From an uncultured Staphylococcaceae bacterium (lineage in GTDB: Bacteria > Bacillota_I > Bacilli_A > ML615J-28 > CAG-313), in NCBI GenBank assembly GCA_964384805.1, contig CAYLLO010000003.1, positions 554 through 64,553 on the forward strand: DNA of 64,000 bases. Direction: 5' to 3'. The notes below the pieces were generated by a model. It searched no databases. It saw only the letters and a program-made list of their open reading frames with translations, and had not been told where the DNA came from. How positions within the stretch are numbered: the first letter of the stretch is position 1; the number at the start of each line of letters is the position of its first letter. The position numbers were made by a program, and so were the translations under genes. Below are positions 40,216 to 51,032 of this stretch, piece after piece.

Positions 40216-41274
40216 CTATTTTAAACTTTCTAAGTATTTGACTGCTTCTTCAAATGTTGCAACTGGAACAAAAGCTAAACACTTAGGACTTCCTAACTTT
40301 TCATAAGCTTTTTTGGCTTGATGGTAGTTGTTACCTTCTTCATCAATAATATTACCATTTTCATCATATGTAACTGGAACAAAGAATACATTAGCATTAC
40401 TATAATATGCGGTAAAAACCTTTTGATATATCCCGCCAATAGCTCCAACTTTACCATTAATATCAATTGTTCCTGTCCCTGCAATTTTTAATCCATTGGT
40501 AATGTCACCTTCAGTAATTGCATTATAAACAGACAATGCCTGCATTAATCCTCCACTAGGTCCTAAAGTGTTAGCTTCATTTAAGGTAAATTGTGGAGTT
40601 GTTTGTTTTGTGTCAATTGTATAATAATCATAAAAAGAAATTCCAATATAAAAACTACTTTGATCTTCATCAGCCCAAATAGGTGCATAATTTATTTCCA
40701 AACTTTCGCCATTTCTTTTAATAGTTAAAATAATATCTTTTTTATTTCTAACATCAGAAATCAATTGCTCCTTAAAAAGTTCCTCACTTATTACATTTTC
40801 TCCATTGTATTTAGTAATAATATCTCCGATTTGAGCATCATAGGAAATATCTTTAAAAATAGTATGAATTATTAAACCATGATAATTGGTTGTAATTTGT
40901 TTTCCTGCAGTTTGATAAGCCAAGATAATTGCATTATTAATACTAACCTGCTTTTGAATAGTTCCAGAAGTTCGACTTTCTTTATCCGTCATTTGTACAA
41001 AACTACTAGTTTTATCAATGCTAACTATCCTATCTAGTCGCCCAATCATATAAGTTAGTAATGGAATTTTTTCGACTGAATAAACTGATACGGTATTAAA
41101 AGACCCCTTTTCAGGACTAGCATTTTCAATGTCAATAACATCAGTTACTTTGTTTAGACCTCCTGGTGAAATTATATCATAATCTACTCTTATAACTCCT
41201 CCTAAAGTGATAAACAAGTATGGTATAGATAACAAGAGTATCAATAACAAATTTTTTCTTAAAAGTTTCTTCAT
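40216..41274 (-). CDS. YlbL-like secreted/membrane PDZ + Lon-type (S16) protease-domain protein
   Basis: N-terminal TM, PDZ region, C-terminal Lon proteolytic domain with GPSGGLMQALSVYNAI (S16 Ser motif). Confidence 0.7.
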   Translation of the reverse strand: MKKLLRKNLLLILLLSIPYLFITLGGVIRVDYDIISPGGLNKVTDVIDIENASPEKGSFNTVSVYSVEKIPLLTYMIGRLDRIVSIDKTSSFVQMTDKESRTSGTIQKQVSINNAIILAYQTAGKQITTNYHGLIIHTIFKDISYDAQIGDIITKYNGENVISEELFKEQLISDVRNKKDIILTIKRNGESLEINYAPIWADEDQSSFYIGISFYDYYTIDTKQTTPQFTLNEANTLGPSGGLMQALSVYNAITEGDITNGLKIAGTGTIDINGKVGAIGGIYQKVFTAYYSNANVFFVPVTYDENGNIIDEEGNNYHQAKKAYEKLGSPKCLAFVPVATFEEAVKYLESLK

Positions 41275-41741
41275 TACTTGATAATCAACTCCACTTCAGA
41301 CATTTTACGATATTTTACTCCTGCTGCATCTAACATTCTTTTACTTGCAAAATCAGAATCGGTTCCATCATATTTATCATTTGCATAAACTATTTCTTTG
41401 ATACCAGATTGAATAATTAGTTTAGCACATTCATGACATGGGAATAAAGTAACATATAAAGTTGAATTTTCTAAAGATGCAGTCGAATTTAAAATTGCAT
41501 TAGGTTCTGCATGAACTACATAAGGGTATTTACAATCTAAAAATTCTCCTTTTCTTTCCCATGGAAATTCATCATCACTACAACCATAAGGAAAACCATT
41601 ATATCCAATTCCAATGATTCTTTTTGAATTATTAACAATACAAGCCCCAACTTTTGTATTAGGATCTTTGCTACGCATACTTGATAATACTGCAACACCC
41701 ATAAAATACTCATCCCAACTAATATAATTATTGTCTTTCAT
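41274..41741 (-). CDS. comEB: dCMP deaminase (ComEB-type)
   Basis: ISWDEYFMGVA start and zinc motifs HAEPNAI ... PCHECAKLI. Real start at the internal MKDNNY (the ORF track extends to 41825). Confidence 0.8.
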   Translation of the reverse strand: MKDNNYISWDEYFMGVAVLSSMRSKDPNTKVGACIVNNSKRIIGIGYNGFPYGCSDDEFPWERKGEFLDCKYPYVVHAEPNAILNSTASLENSTLYVTLFPCHECAKLIIQSGIKEIVYANDKYDGTDSDFASKRMLDAAGVKYRKMSEVELIIK

Positions 41742-41910
41742 GATTTTCTCCTTCAGTAATATTCTTTTTAACATAACAATTAGCCATTTGACAAATGCTA
41801 CACTTTTCAGATATCTCACAATCATTTGGTTTTGGAACCTTTTTATTTAAAAGATATGTCCCACTAAACAAGATGATTACTACACTTAAAACTATAATTG
41901 TCTTAATCAT
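41728..41910 (-). CDS. Small Cys-rich membrane-anchored protein (60 aa), hypothetical
   Basis: N-terminal TM plus CEISEKCSICQMANC. Resembles FeoB-associated Cys-rich small proteins, but the call is weak. Confidence 0.3.
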   Translation of the reverse strand: MIKTIIVLSVVIILFSGTYLLNKKVPKPNDCEISEKCSICQMANCYVKKNITEGENHERQ

Positions 41911-43655
41911 TATTTTACAATCTTAATTTTGAGTTCACCTAATTGTTTTTTAGTAACTGGTGTAGGTGCATCACTCATTAAACATTTAGCACTTGCAGCT
42001 TTAGGGAAAGCAATAACTTCACGTAAGTTATTATTTTTAGTAAGTAACATAACAACACGATCTAGTCCAAGGGCTAATCCTCCATGAGGCGGAGTACCAT
42101 ATTTTAACGCATTAATAAAGTATGAAAATTTTAATTCTACTTCCTCTTTATCAAGACCGATAGCCTCAAACATTTTTGCTTGTATTTCTTGATCGTGAAT
42201 ACGAATACTGCCTCCACCTAATTCATAGCCATTTAAAACAATATCATAGGCTTTAGCCATTGCTTTAGCTGGTTCAGCAACCATAAATTTTTCATGTCCA
42301 TCTTTAGGTGATGTAAATGGATGGTGGGCTGCAACATAACGATTTTCTTCTTCTGAAAACTCAAATAATGGCCAATCCACTACCCATAAGAAATTAAATT
42401 TATCTTTATCAACTAACCCTAGTTCAGATGCTATTGTTGTTCTTAATGCTCCTAAAGCTGAGTTACAATTTTCAATTTTATCCGCAACTATTAATATAAA
42501 ATCATTTTCTTCTAAATTTAAAGTTTTTATTAATTCCATTCCTAACTCTTCAGTTACAAATTTCGCAATACTTCCTGAAAATACATTATTCTCATATTTT
42601 AACCACGCAAGCCCACCCGCATGATATTTTTTTGCAAGTAATGTTAAACGCTCAATTTCTTTTCGAGAATACTTGTGAGCGGCATTTTTAGCAACAATAG
42701 CTTTAACAGCTCCAGCATTTGAAATTGCCTCATCAAAAAATCCAAGACCTAATTTAGTTGCCCAATCACTAATATTTTCTAGTAGCATAGAAAAACGTGT
42801 ATCTGGTTTATCACTACCATATTTGTCCATCGCTATCGCATACGGCATACGAACAAATGGAGTTTGAATATCAATATCTAGAGTTTCTTTCCATATTGCT
42901 TTTAATAAACCTTCAACTACATTATAAATATCTTCTTCATCTATAAAACTCATTTCTAAATCAACTTGAGTAAATTCTAATTGACGATCAGCTCGTAAAT
43001 CCTCATCACGAAAACATCTTGCGATTTGGAAATACCGATCCATTCCTCCAACCATTAATAATTGTTTATAAATTTGTGGTGATTGAGGTAAAGCATAAAA
43101 TGATTCTGGATGAACACGAGATGGTACCAAAAAATCACGAGCACCCTCTGGTGTTGATTTACCTAAAAAAGGTGTTTCGATTTCTACAAAATTCAATTTA
43201 TCTAAATAATTACGAATGGCCATACACGTTTTATGACGTAATAACATATTTTTTTGCATTTGAGGACGACGCAAATCTAAATATCGATAGCGCATTCTTG
43301 TTTCCTCTAAAGCATCAGTTTGATCTTGAATCATAAATGGCGTTTGTTCAGCAATATTCAAAATTGTAAATTCTTCAACCTCTACTTCAATATCCCCAGT
43401 TGGGATATTTTTATTTTTGTTAGAACGTTCAACTACTCTTCCAGTTACTTTTAAAACATATTCATTTCTAGCATCCATTGCTTTATTATAATTTTTATTC
43501 TCAGGATTAACAACTAATTGAGTAATTCCGTAACGATCACGAAGATCAATAAAGACTACTCCCCCTAAATCACGTTTTTTATTAACCCATCCAGTCAAAG
43601 TTACAACTTCACCAACATTTTCAATTCTTAATTCACCATTAGTTTTAGTACGCAT
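41910..43655 (-). CDS. aspS: Aspartate--tRNA ligase
   Basis: N-terminal OB anticodon-binding domain and class II motifs (FRDEDLRADRQ, GGGSIRIH, GLDR). Confidence 0.95.
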   Translation of the reverse strand: MRTKTNGELRIENVGEVVTLTGWVNKKRDLGGVVFIDLRDRYGITQLVVNPENKNYNKAMDARNEYVLKVTGRVVERSNKNKNIPTGDIEVEVEEFTILNIAEQTPFMIQDQTDALEETRMRYRYLDLRRPQMQKNMLLRHKTCMAIRNYLDKLNFVEIETPFLGKSTPEGARDFLVPSRVHPESFYALPQSPQIYKQLLMVGGMDRYFQIARCFRDEDLRADRQLEFTQVDLEMSFIDEEDIYNVVEGLLKAIWKETLDIDIQTPFVRMPYAIAMDKYGSDKPDTRFSMLLENISDWATKLGLGFFDEAISNAGAVKAIVAKNAAHKYSRKEIERLTLLAKKYHAGGLAWLKYENNVFSGSIAKFVTEELGMELIKTLNLEENDFILIVADKIENCNSALGALRTTIASELGLVDKDKFNFLWVVDWPLFEFSEEENRYVAAHHPFTSPKDGHEKFMVAEPAKAMAKAYDIVLNGYELGGGSIRIHDQEIQAKMFEAIGLDKEEVELKFSYFINALKYGTPPHGGLALGLDRVVMLLTKNNNLREVIAFPKAASAKCLMSDAPTPVTKKQLGELKIKIVK

Positions 43656-44931
43656 ATTTTTCTGCTCCTTCTATTCCAAAAAATTCATTTAATTTATTAA
43701 CACTTAATTTAACTTCTTTTTGTTCAATAGTGTCTTTAATAGTCATCATATCATTAGCCACTTCATCTTCACCAATAATAATAATGTATCTTGCTTTAAC
43801 TCTTTCAGCAAGTTTAAATTGTGGTTTTAAATTATCACTTTGATAATCTATTTCGGTCGGAACTCCATTAGTTCTTAAATAATCAGTAAGTTTCAATCCG
43901 ATTTTTTTAACTGTTTTTCCAAGAGTAATAACCGTTACTTGCTCCTTGCAAGAACTTGGAATTTTTATTCCCAGTTCATCTAAAGCCATCATCATTCTTT
44001 CTACTCCGAAAGCAAAACCAATAGCTTTTACATCTGGTCCATCAAAATCACGACCCATATCATTGTATCGTCCACCTGCACATAAAGTTAAGCCATTAAT
44101 AACTGAATTTGGATTATCATAAATTAATTCAAATACATCATTTGAATAGTAATCAAGTCCTCGAACTAATTTATCACTTACTTCGTATTTAATTTCTAAA
44201 ATATCTAAAATATTTTTTAACTCTTCAAAATAAATTTTATCCTCTTCAGTTAAATAATCACTAATTCTAGGGGCATTATTCATAATATCCGTATTTGCAT
44301 CAGCTTTACAATCTAACATTCTAAGCGGATTTTTTTCATAACGTATCTTACAATCAGCACACATTTCATCTAAATGTGGTTTAAAGTATTTTTTCAACGC
44401 TGGAATATATGCATTTCTTGCTTCTTTGCTTCCTAAAGTATTTAAACATACTTTAATATTTTTTATTCCTAAAGCATTCATAATCTTACATGCTAGATTA
44501 ATAACATCTGCATCAAGCAGTGGATTTTCTAACCCATAAGTTTCTACCCCGAATTGCGTGAATTGATGGTAACGACCTTTTTGAGGACGTTCATATCTAA
44601 AAATTGGACCAAAATAATAGTATTTAGACAAACCTGGATTAACATATAGTTTATTTTCAATAAACATTCTCATCATTGGAGCTGTACCTTCAGGACGAAG
44701 AGTTATACTACGATTACCACGATCATTAAAAGTGTACATCTCTTTATTTACAATATCACTACTTTCCCCAACTGAACGGACAAATACATCAGTCGATTCA
44801 ATAATTGGTGTGATTACTTCACTATAACCAAATTTTTTAGCTATGTCAACACATGTTTTTTCAATATAACGATATTTTTCTGCTTCATAGCCAAAAAAAT
44901 CAATAGTTCCTTTAATTTTATTAATTTTCAT
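43645..44931 (-). CDS. hisS: Histidine--tRNA ligase
   Basis: Class II motifs (YYYFGPIFRYERPQKGRYHQF) and C-terminal anticodon-binding domain. Overlaps aspS. Confidence 0.95.
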   Translation of the reverse strand: MKINKIKGTIDFFGYEAEKYRYIEKTCVDIAKKFGYSEVITPIIESTDVFVRSVGESSDIVNKEMYTFNDRGNRSITLRPEGTAPMMRMFIENKLYVNPGLSKYYYFGPIFRYERPQKGRYHQFTQFGVETYGLENPLLDADVINLACKIMNALGIKNIKVCLNTLGSKEARNAYIPALKKYFKPHLDEMCADCKIRYEKNPLRMLDCKADANTDIMNNAPRISDYLTEEDKIYFEELKNILDILEIKYEVSDKLVRGLDYYSNDVFELIYDNPNSVINGLTLCAGGRYNDMGRDFDGPDVKAIGFAFGVERMMMALDELGIKIPSSCKEQVTVITLGKTVKKIGLKLTDYLRTNGVPTEIDYQSDNLKPQFKLAERVKARYIIIIGEDEVANDMMTIKDTIEQKEVKLSVNKLNEFFGIEGAEKYAY

Positions 44932-44934
44932 ATT

Positions 44935-45148
44935 TTTTCTCCTTATAAAAAAATGAGCAAAAAAATCCCAAAACTCTAAGGACGAAATTTTATCGCGGTG
45001 CCACCTTAGTTCAGAATTTCTTCTGCTCTTTAATTTCTTTTAACGCAAGAATAACGTTTCTCCAGAGGTGTCAGACTCTATCAACGAAATTTATATTAGT
45101 TATATTATACAATTTATTTTATTAATTAACAATTTATTTATAAAACTT
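44935..45148 (-). ncRNA. T-box riboswitch leader of hisS-aspS
   Basis: Plus-strand CGCGGTGCCACC at 44994-45005 is the reverse complement of the conserved T-box sequence GGTGGCACCGCG. It sits about 60 nt upstream of hisS, with a terminator-type helix and U-run before the RBS. Confidence 0.7.
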
Positions 45149-46795
45149 TTACATTTGAGTAGGAGCGCTAATTCCCATTAATGCCAAAGCATCTTTTAAA
45201 ACAATACTTACTGCTTTTAGAATAGTTGCTTTTTCCATTGTTTGATTTACGTCTTCACTTATTACTTTTTCGTTGTTATAGTAACTATGTAAAGCATATG
45301 CAAGTTCATCAATATAATGGGTAACTTTATGAACTAATCTTTTGGATGCCGCTTCTTCAATTACCATTGGATACTTAAGTAAAATTAAACATAAATTTTT
45401 AGTTGCATCTTTGTTGATATTTTCAAAACTTATTGTCTCTACAAAACTATATCCTTTAGATTCAATTGTTCGAAAAATACTACAAATTCTTGCATACGCA
45501 TATTGAGCGTAGAATACTGGATTTTCATTAGTTTTTTTCTTCATTAATCCTAAATCTAAATCCATTTGAGTATTTAAAGCTTTTGAAACATAGAAATATC
45601 TTAATGCATCACTACCAACTTCTTCAATTAAATCAATTAGTGTGATTGCTTTACCACTCCGTTTACTCATTTTAACTTCAATACCATTTTCCATTACTCT
45701 AACCATTTGAAGAATTTCAACATCTATTAAATTACTATTCCCTCCAACCATAGAGACAGCTGCTTTTAAACGATCAATATATCCATGATGATCTGCTCCT
45801 AAAACATCAATCAAATAATCATATCCTCGAGATAATTTATTGGCATGATATGCGATATCTGGCAAAAGATAAGTATAACTTCCATCACTTTTAACAATTA
45901 CTCGATCTTTTTCATCAGTATAATCAGTTGTTCTAAGCCATGTTGCATTATCTTTTACATATGTAAAATTGCCATCAATTAGAGTTTTTAAGGTTCTTTC
46001 AACAGCGTTGGTTTTATATAATGATTTTTCACTAAACCAGTTATCAAAAGTTACATTAAAACTTTTTAAATCTTTTTTAAGATTTTCAAGTAAAACTTTA
46101 GTTCCAAATTCTTTAAAAAATTCTAAATCAATGTTATTTAAAAATTTATCACCAAACTCATCTTTAACCATTTCTGCAATTGTGATAATTTCTTTTCCAT
46201 GATAATAATCTTCTTTAAAATCAATAGGTAAGCCATATAGTTCTTTATAACGTTCATAAACACTTAAAGCCATATTTGTAATTTGATTTCCTGCATCATT
46301 TACATAGTGTTCTTTATTTACATTATAACCTGCTTTATTCATAACATTCGCAAGACTATCTCCATAAGCTGCTCCTCGACCATGTCCTAAATGTAAATAT
46401 CCAGTAGGGTTAGCAGAAACAAACTCTAGTAAAACTTTCTTACCATTTCCATAGTTTACTTTACCATAATTATCTTTTTCCTTATTGATTAATAAAATCA
46501 CTTGTAATAAATAGTCAATATCTAAAGTAAAGTTAATAAATCCACTACCTGCAGCTTCCACATTTGAAACGTGAACTTTTTCTTTATTAAACTTTTCAAC
46601 AATTTCAGAAGCAATTATCATTGGTGCTTTTCTTGCTATTCTAGCAAGACGCATCGCCACATTGGTTGAATAATCTCCATTTTCTTTATCCTTAGGAATT
46701 TCAAGTACTATTTCAAGATTCTCTGTATAGTATCCTAATTCTTTAATATTGTCTATTAATTCATCTTTAATATTTTGTAATATTTCTTTAATCAT
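45149..46795 (-). CDS. argS: Arginine--tRNA ligase
   Basis: Class I HIGH-type motif (PTGYLHLGHGRGAAYGD), KMSKRSG (KMSKS) and DALR anticodon-binding domain. Confidence 0.95.
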   Translation of the reverse strand: MIKEILQNIKDELIDNIKELGYYTENLEIVLEIPKDKENGDYSTNVAMRLARIARKAPMIIASEIVEKFNKEKVHVSNVEAAGSGFINFTLDIDYLLQVILLINKEKDNYGKVNYGNGKKVLLEFVSANPTGYLHLGHGRGAAYGDSLANVMNKAGYNVNKEHYVNDAGNQITNMALSVYERYKELYGLPIDFKEDYYHGKEIITIAEMVKDEFGDKFLNNIDLEFFKEFGTKVLLENLKKDLKSFNVTFDNWFSEKSLYKTNAVERTLKTLIDGNFTYVKDNATWLRTTDYTDEKDRVIVKSDGSYTYLLPDIAYHANKLSRGYDYLIDVLGADHHGYIDRLKAAVSMVGGNSNLIDVEILQMVRVMENGIEVKMSKRSGKAITLIDLIEEVGSDALRYFYVSKALNTQMDLDLGLMKKKTNENPVFYAQYAYARICSIFRTIESKGYSFVETISFENINKDATKNLCLILLKYPMVIEEAASKRLVHKVTHYIDELAYALHSYYNNEKVISEDVNQTMEKATILKAVSIVLKDALALMGISAPTQM

Positions 46796-47103
46796 CGTAT
46801 TACCTCTTTATATAATTCTTTCTTATTGTATCAAAAATATTATTTTTTTTCAATTAATAGTATAAAAAATTAAAAAGTCAACCCTATGTTAGATTCCAAA
46901 GAGTCAACTCATATCTTGTTATTCTTTTTCATTTTACATATTTAGTATAATTAATGTAAGCCAAAAAACTTCTTTTAAGAAGAACTAAATCACTATTATT
47001 ATTAAACAAAATAAACTTAAAATCAAATATCCTTCTAATTAAAACATATTTCATCCTCACATTTCAAATTATATCATAATTTAAAATAGACTACAAATAA
47101 AAT

Positions 47104-47132
47104 ATAAAAAGCACCAATTAATAGTGCTTTAA
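47104..47132 (-). terminator. Rho-independent terminator downstream of the AGCS transporter gene
   Basis: Minus strand: AAAGCAC-TATTAATTG-GTGCTTT followed by TTATATTTT. Confidence 0.6.
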
Positions 47133-47343
47133 GTTAAATTTATATAAACCCAGAAGGACCGTTATCACTATGCGCAACCGCATATTTTTACAAAGGCGGA
47201 AATCTCATGAAATACTCTTTAGGATTCCTACTACTTATATAAGTGCAGGCTTTCAACACCAAATACTCTCAACTTCCTATTAAAGACTGTTCGGGCAGCA
47301 ATTATGTGAAAATGCGTGAACTCCAGGTCTCGAACCATCACCA

Positions 47344-48621
47344 TTATACCATTAACTTTTCTATTTGGCAAGTCTTTTTATTTTTTTCTAACAAAACTAA
47401 AATAATCATATTGAACAGGCCTAAAATAAGCAAGCCAATATCAACTAAACCAATTGTTTCATTAATATTTAAAACCACTCCTAGAGATACTCCAAGAGTA
47501 AAAATAACTCGATAACCTAAAATAATTTTATGATGTGAATTTTTAAAAAATCTAGCAAATAATAATGCATTACTTTCTCCTAAATAATACTGACCAAGAA
47601 GTGAAGAAAAGGCAAAAATAAATAAAAAAATCACACCAATTAATAAACCAATATTTCCTAAATTTTTAACAAAAATTTCGATTAATAAATCTGCACCATC
47701 ATATAAATTATAATCTAATTGCATTTGAACAATAAAAATACCTGTTATTGTACACATAATTAACGTATCAACATATACTCCAAGCATTCCAAAATAGCCT
47801 TGGATGCTAGGAGTAGGTGATTCGCTCATACCTGTAACTGATGGCATAGTCCCAAGTCCTGACTCATGAGAAAATAAACTTCTTCTTATTCCAACCGATA
47901 TAGCATTAATTATTAATCCAATTCCCATACTTTTAACATTAAATGCCGAATTAAAAATAGTAATAACACTAGTAATGAAAGTATGATAATTCATAATCAT
48001 TAAAAAAATAATAGTTGTCATAAAAGTAATTGTCATAATAGGAACAATTTTATTAGTTACATCAACAATCTTCTTCGTTCCTTTAAAAACAATTAGTATC
48101 AAAATAGTAATTAATAAAATACCTATTAAATACTTATTAAATGGAAAAATTCTCGTTATAGCAGAAAGAATAGTATTTACTTGAATTGGAGGAAAAAATA
48201 TTGTATTGGTTAGTAATAGAAAACAAGCAAAAATAATACTTAAAATAGGATTATTTAATCCCTTTAAAATATAATAACAAGCTCCACCACGATATTCATT
48301 ACCTATTTTTTCTTGATATTTAATTGCATATACATTTTCAACATAGGATAAAGCACTACTAAAAAACCCAAATAACCACATCCATATTATCACACCTGGT
48401 CCTCCAACTATAATTCCTGTGGTCACTCCAACTAAATTACCTGTTCCTAAATTTGTCGCAAGAGATACCAAAAATGTTTTGTATGTTGGATGATTAGGAT
48501 ATTTTTTATTGAAAGTCCTTACTTCTTTAAAAACACGAAATTGGGGCCATTTTAAATAAATTGTCCAACATATTGAAGAAATAAAAATAATAATCATAAT
48601 AAGTGTTAATATTTGTTCCAT
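47344..48621 (-). CDS. Alanine/glycine:cation symporter (AGCS family)
   Basis: 11 TM helices. Conserved GGPGVIIWMW motif of sodium:alanine symporters. Confidence 0.8.
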   Translation of the reverse strand: MEQILTLIMIIIFISSICWTIYLKWPQFRVFKEVRTFNKKYPNHPTYKTFLVSLATNLGTGNLVGVTTGIIVGGPGVIIWMWLFGFFSSALSYVENVYAIKYQEKIGNEYRGGACYYILKGLNNPILSIIFACFLLLTNTIFFPPIQVNTILSAITRIFPFNKYLIGILLITILILIVFKGTKKIVDVTNKIVPIMTITFMTTIIFLMIMNYHTFITSVITIFNSAFNVKSMGIGLIINAISVGIRRSLFSHESGLGTMPSVTGMSESPTPSIQGYFGMLGVYVDTLIMCTITGIFIVQMQLDYNLYDGADLLIEIFVKNLGNIGLLIGVIFLFIFAFSSLLGQYYLGESNALLFARFFKNSHHKIILGYRVIFTLGVSLGVVLNINETIGLVDIGLLILGLFNMIILVLLEKNKKTCQIEKLMV

Positions 48622-48673
48622 AAAAAAACCTCATTACATTTTAGTAATGAAGTTATATTTTTATGTAAATAAA

Positions 48674-49702
48674 TTATTTAGTACCTGCTTGTGTTTTTTG
48701 ATAGGCTTCAACATTAGCTAAAATTTTAGCACGCATTACATCACTTGGTAAAACTCCTTTAGCTAATTCCATTGCCCAAATAATCGCACCACTTGCTGGA
48801 GCTACTTTCAAAACTATATATTCAACTTTTGTTTGAATATTTGATTCTATCGCATCTTTAAATCCTTCAAACATATCTGGAGCAGCAGCATTAGCCCAAA
48901 CAGAGCCTGCCAAAATAACATAAACAACTGATTGAAAGTTTAAGTTTGTAATGCAACCAGCAACTGAACGACCCATACAGCGTCCTGCTGTTTTAAGCAC
49001 ATCTTTTGCTACTTCATCACCACCATTAGCATGTTTAAATAACATTTGAATAATCTCTGTACGATTTAGTTTATTGGACATTGATACATCTACGATTGTT
49101 GCAAGATAATCTTCTTTATCAGTAATACCAAATTTTTCAAATAATTCTTTTGTCATTGATGTTTTTTTACCAACTCGATATAATTCATCATAAACTGCTT
49201 GAAAAGTTCTTCTTGTTAAATAAGCTCCCCCTGCTTCATCTCCTGATAAATATCCTACACCACCTACTTGAACATGATTACCAAGCTCATCCATTCCAAC
49301 GGTTACTGTCCCAGTCCCATTAATAGAACAAACACCATAACCATTTGGTGAGGCCGCTTTAACTCCTAAAAAACCATCATTTTCCATTCCAAAATTTTCA
49401 AAACCCATTTTAGAAATAATACCATTCAATTGTTTTTTTTGATATGGAACATCAGCTCCAGCAAGTCCAAATCCTGCACCTGCAATATCTTTGACGGTAA
49501 TATTATTACGAGAAAATAAGATATCTAATTGTTCTTTCATAACACGATAACTACCCGCAAATGAGTCATTTAATCCTTCATGACTACAAGTCCCACCTCT
49601 AAGACCATCAATAAAATTACCTTCAGTATCAAATAACAAATAGTCTGTTTTGGTATTTCCCCCATCAACACCAAGAATATACTTCTTTACATTATCTGCC
49701 AT
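48674..49702 (-). CDS. BadF/BadG/BcrA/BcrD-type ATPase (N-acetylglucosamine kinase-like sugar kinase)
   Basis: N-terminal ILGVDGGNTKTDYLLFD (ASKHA phosphate-1 motif), then GAGFGLAGAD. Confidence 0.7.
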   Translation of the reverse strand: MADNVKKYILGVDGGNTKTDYLLFDTEGNFIDGLRGGTCSHEGLNDSFAGSYRVMKEQLDILFSRNNITVKDIAGAGFGLAGADVPYQKKQLNGIISKMGFENFGMENDGFLGVKAASPNGYGVCSINGTGTVTVGMDELGNHVQVGGVGYLSGDEAGGAYLTRRTFQAVYDELYRVGKKTSMTKELFEKFGITDKEDYLATIVDVSMSNKLNRTEIIQMLFKHANGGDEVAKDVLKTAGRCMGRSVAGCITNLNFQSVVYVILAGSVWANAAAPDMFEGFKDAIESNIQTKVEYIVLKVAPASGAIIWAMELAKGVLPSDVMRAKILANVEAYQKTQAGTK

Positions 49703-49707
49703 ATAGT

Positions 49708-50994
49708 TTACTCTTTGTTTTTAAAAAATTGAGGTAAGAATTCTTTATGAGCTTCTAATAATTCATCAAAACATGCTGAAGCTGTTTTTAAATCTCCAAC
49801 TAGCGGATTAACAACTAAAGCACGTAATGCTTCTAATTTATCACCTGTAATAGCCGCTTTAACAGCATGACGTTCATAAGCCTTAATATTAGAAATGTAT
49901 TCCACCATATGATCAGTAATAACTCCAGTTACAGGAAGTGGGGTTGCTCCATTTTTACCAATTTTTGCACAAATTTCCACAGCATCAGTATCTTTTAAAA
50001 ACGGAATTGCTCCTCTATTCAAAACATTAACAACTTGAACATCCCCAACATCGTTCCAAATAGAGTTAACGAGATTAATTGCTACTTCTGAATAACGAGC
50101 TCCACCACGTTGAGAGAGCTGAGCAGGTTTCACATGGAGTTCACTATTTTGATAAATCTCAAGAAGTTCTTCTTCAATTTCCATGCATCTTTCACCACGT
50201 GTTTTTTCAGCATTCTTTAATGTATTTAGTTTGCTATCCTTGAAGTAATAGTACTCTAAATAACATGTAGGAATGGCACCAATCGCTGCGACTTGTTCTT
50301 TAGTAAATCCACTAGCAGGAATGTTTTTCATTGACTCACTATTTAATCCTGCTTCTAATGCTTCTTGTAAATAATCTTTTCCATTAGCTTCAATTTTAGT
50401 TACATAAGCAAAATGATTTAATCCCATATACTCAATATTGGCATGAGGTAAATTCATATTACGTTTAATACCATCGATTGTATTAATAGGAACATTACAT
50501 AATCCCATCATCTTAACATTTGTATAATTTAACAAAGCCTCTGCTATCATACCAGATGGATTAGAGAAGTTAATTAACCATGCATCTGGACAATATTCTT
50601 CCATTAACTTAACAATATTTAGCATTACTGGAATTGTTCTTAATCCTTTGAACATCCCCCCAATACCACATGTTTCTTGACCTATTAAGCCATATTTTAA
50701 AGGAATTTTTTCATCTTTTACACGAGCAGGAAGTTTTCCAACACGAATTTGTGCTAGAACAAAATCTGCTCCTTTTAAGGCTTTGGCATAATCATTTAAA
50801 ACAAGCTCTGTTGAACAAGATAGTCCTGCTGCTACAATCATTCTTTGACATAATCCCCCCACAATATTCAATTTTCTTTCATCAATATCCATAAAAGAAA
50901 TTTCTGTAACTGGTAAAGTTTCTCTTTTATTAATAATTCCTTCAATTAATTCAGGTGTATATGTACTACCTGCTCCAATAATACAAATTTTCAT
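49708..50994 (-). CDS. Glycoside hydrolase family 4 (NAD+/Mn2+-dependent 6-phospho-glucosidase)
   Basis: MKICIIGAGSTYTPELIEGI Rossmann start and NFSNPSGMI / CNVPI motifs typical of GH4 (CelF/LicH-like). Confidence 0.85.
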   Translation of the reverse strand: MKICIIGAGSTYTPELIEGIINKRETLPVTEISFMDIDERKLNIVGGLCQRMIVAAGLSCSTELVLNDYAKALKGADFVLAQIRVGKLPARVKDEKIPLKYGLIGQETCGIGGMFKGLRTIPVMLNIVKLMEEYCPDAWLINFSNPSGMIAEALLNYTNVKMMGLCNVPINTIDGIKRNMNLPHANIEYMGLNHFAYVTKIEANGKDYLQEALEAGLNSESMKNIPASGFTKEQVAAIGAIPTCYLEYYYFKDSKLNTLKNAEKTRGERCMEIEEELLEIYQNSELHVKPAQLSQRGGARYSEVAINLVNSIWNDVGDVQVVNVLNRGAIPFLKDTDAVEICAKIGKNGATPLPVTGVITDHMVEYISNIKAYERHAVKAAITGDKLEALRALVVNPLVGDLKTASACFDELLEAHKEFLPQFFKNKE

Positions 50995-51032
50995 ATTATT
51001 TACTCCTATCTTATAAACTTATTAATTTTTGA

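Noticed and set aside
47243-47515. 90-aa plus-strand ORF downstream of argS region / tRNA-like GGTTCGAGACC motif at about 47320
   Set aside because: The ORF is shadowed by the AGCS transporter 3' end and lacks an RBS. The GGTTCGAGACC resembles a tRNA T-arm, but no acceptor, D or anticodon arms can be built around it.
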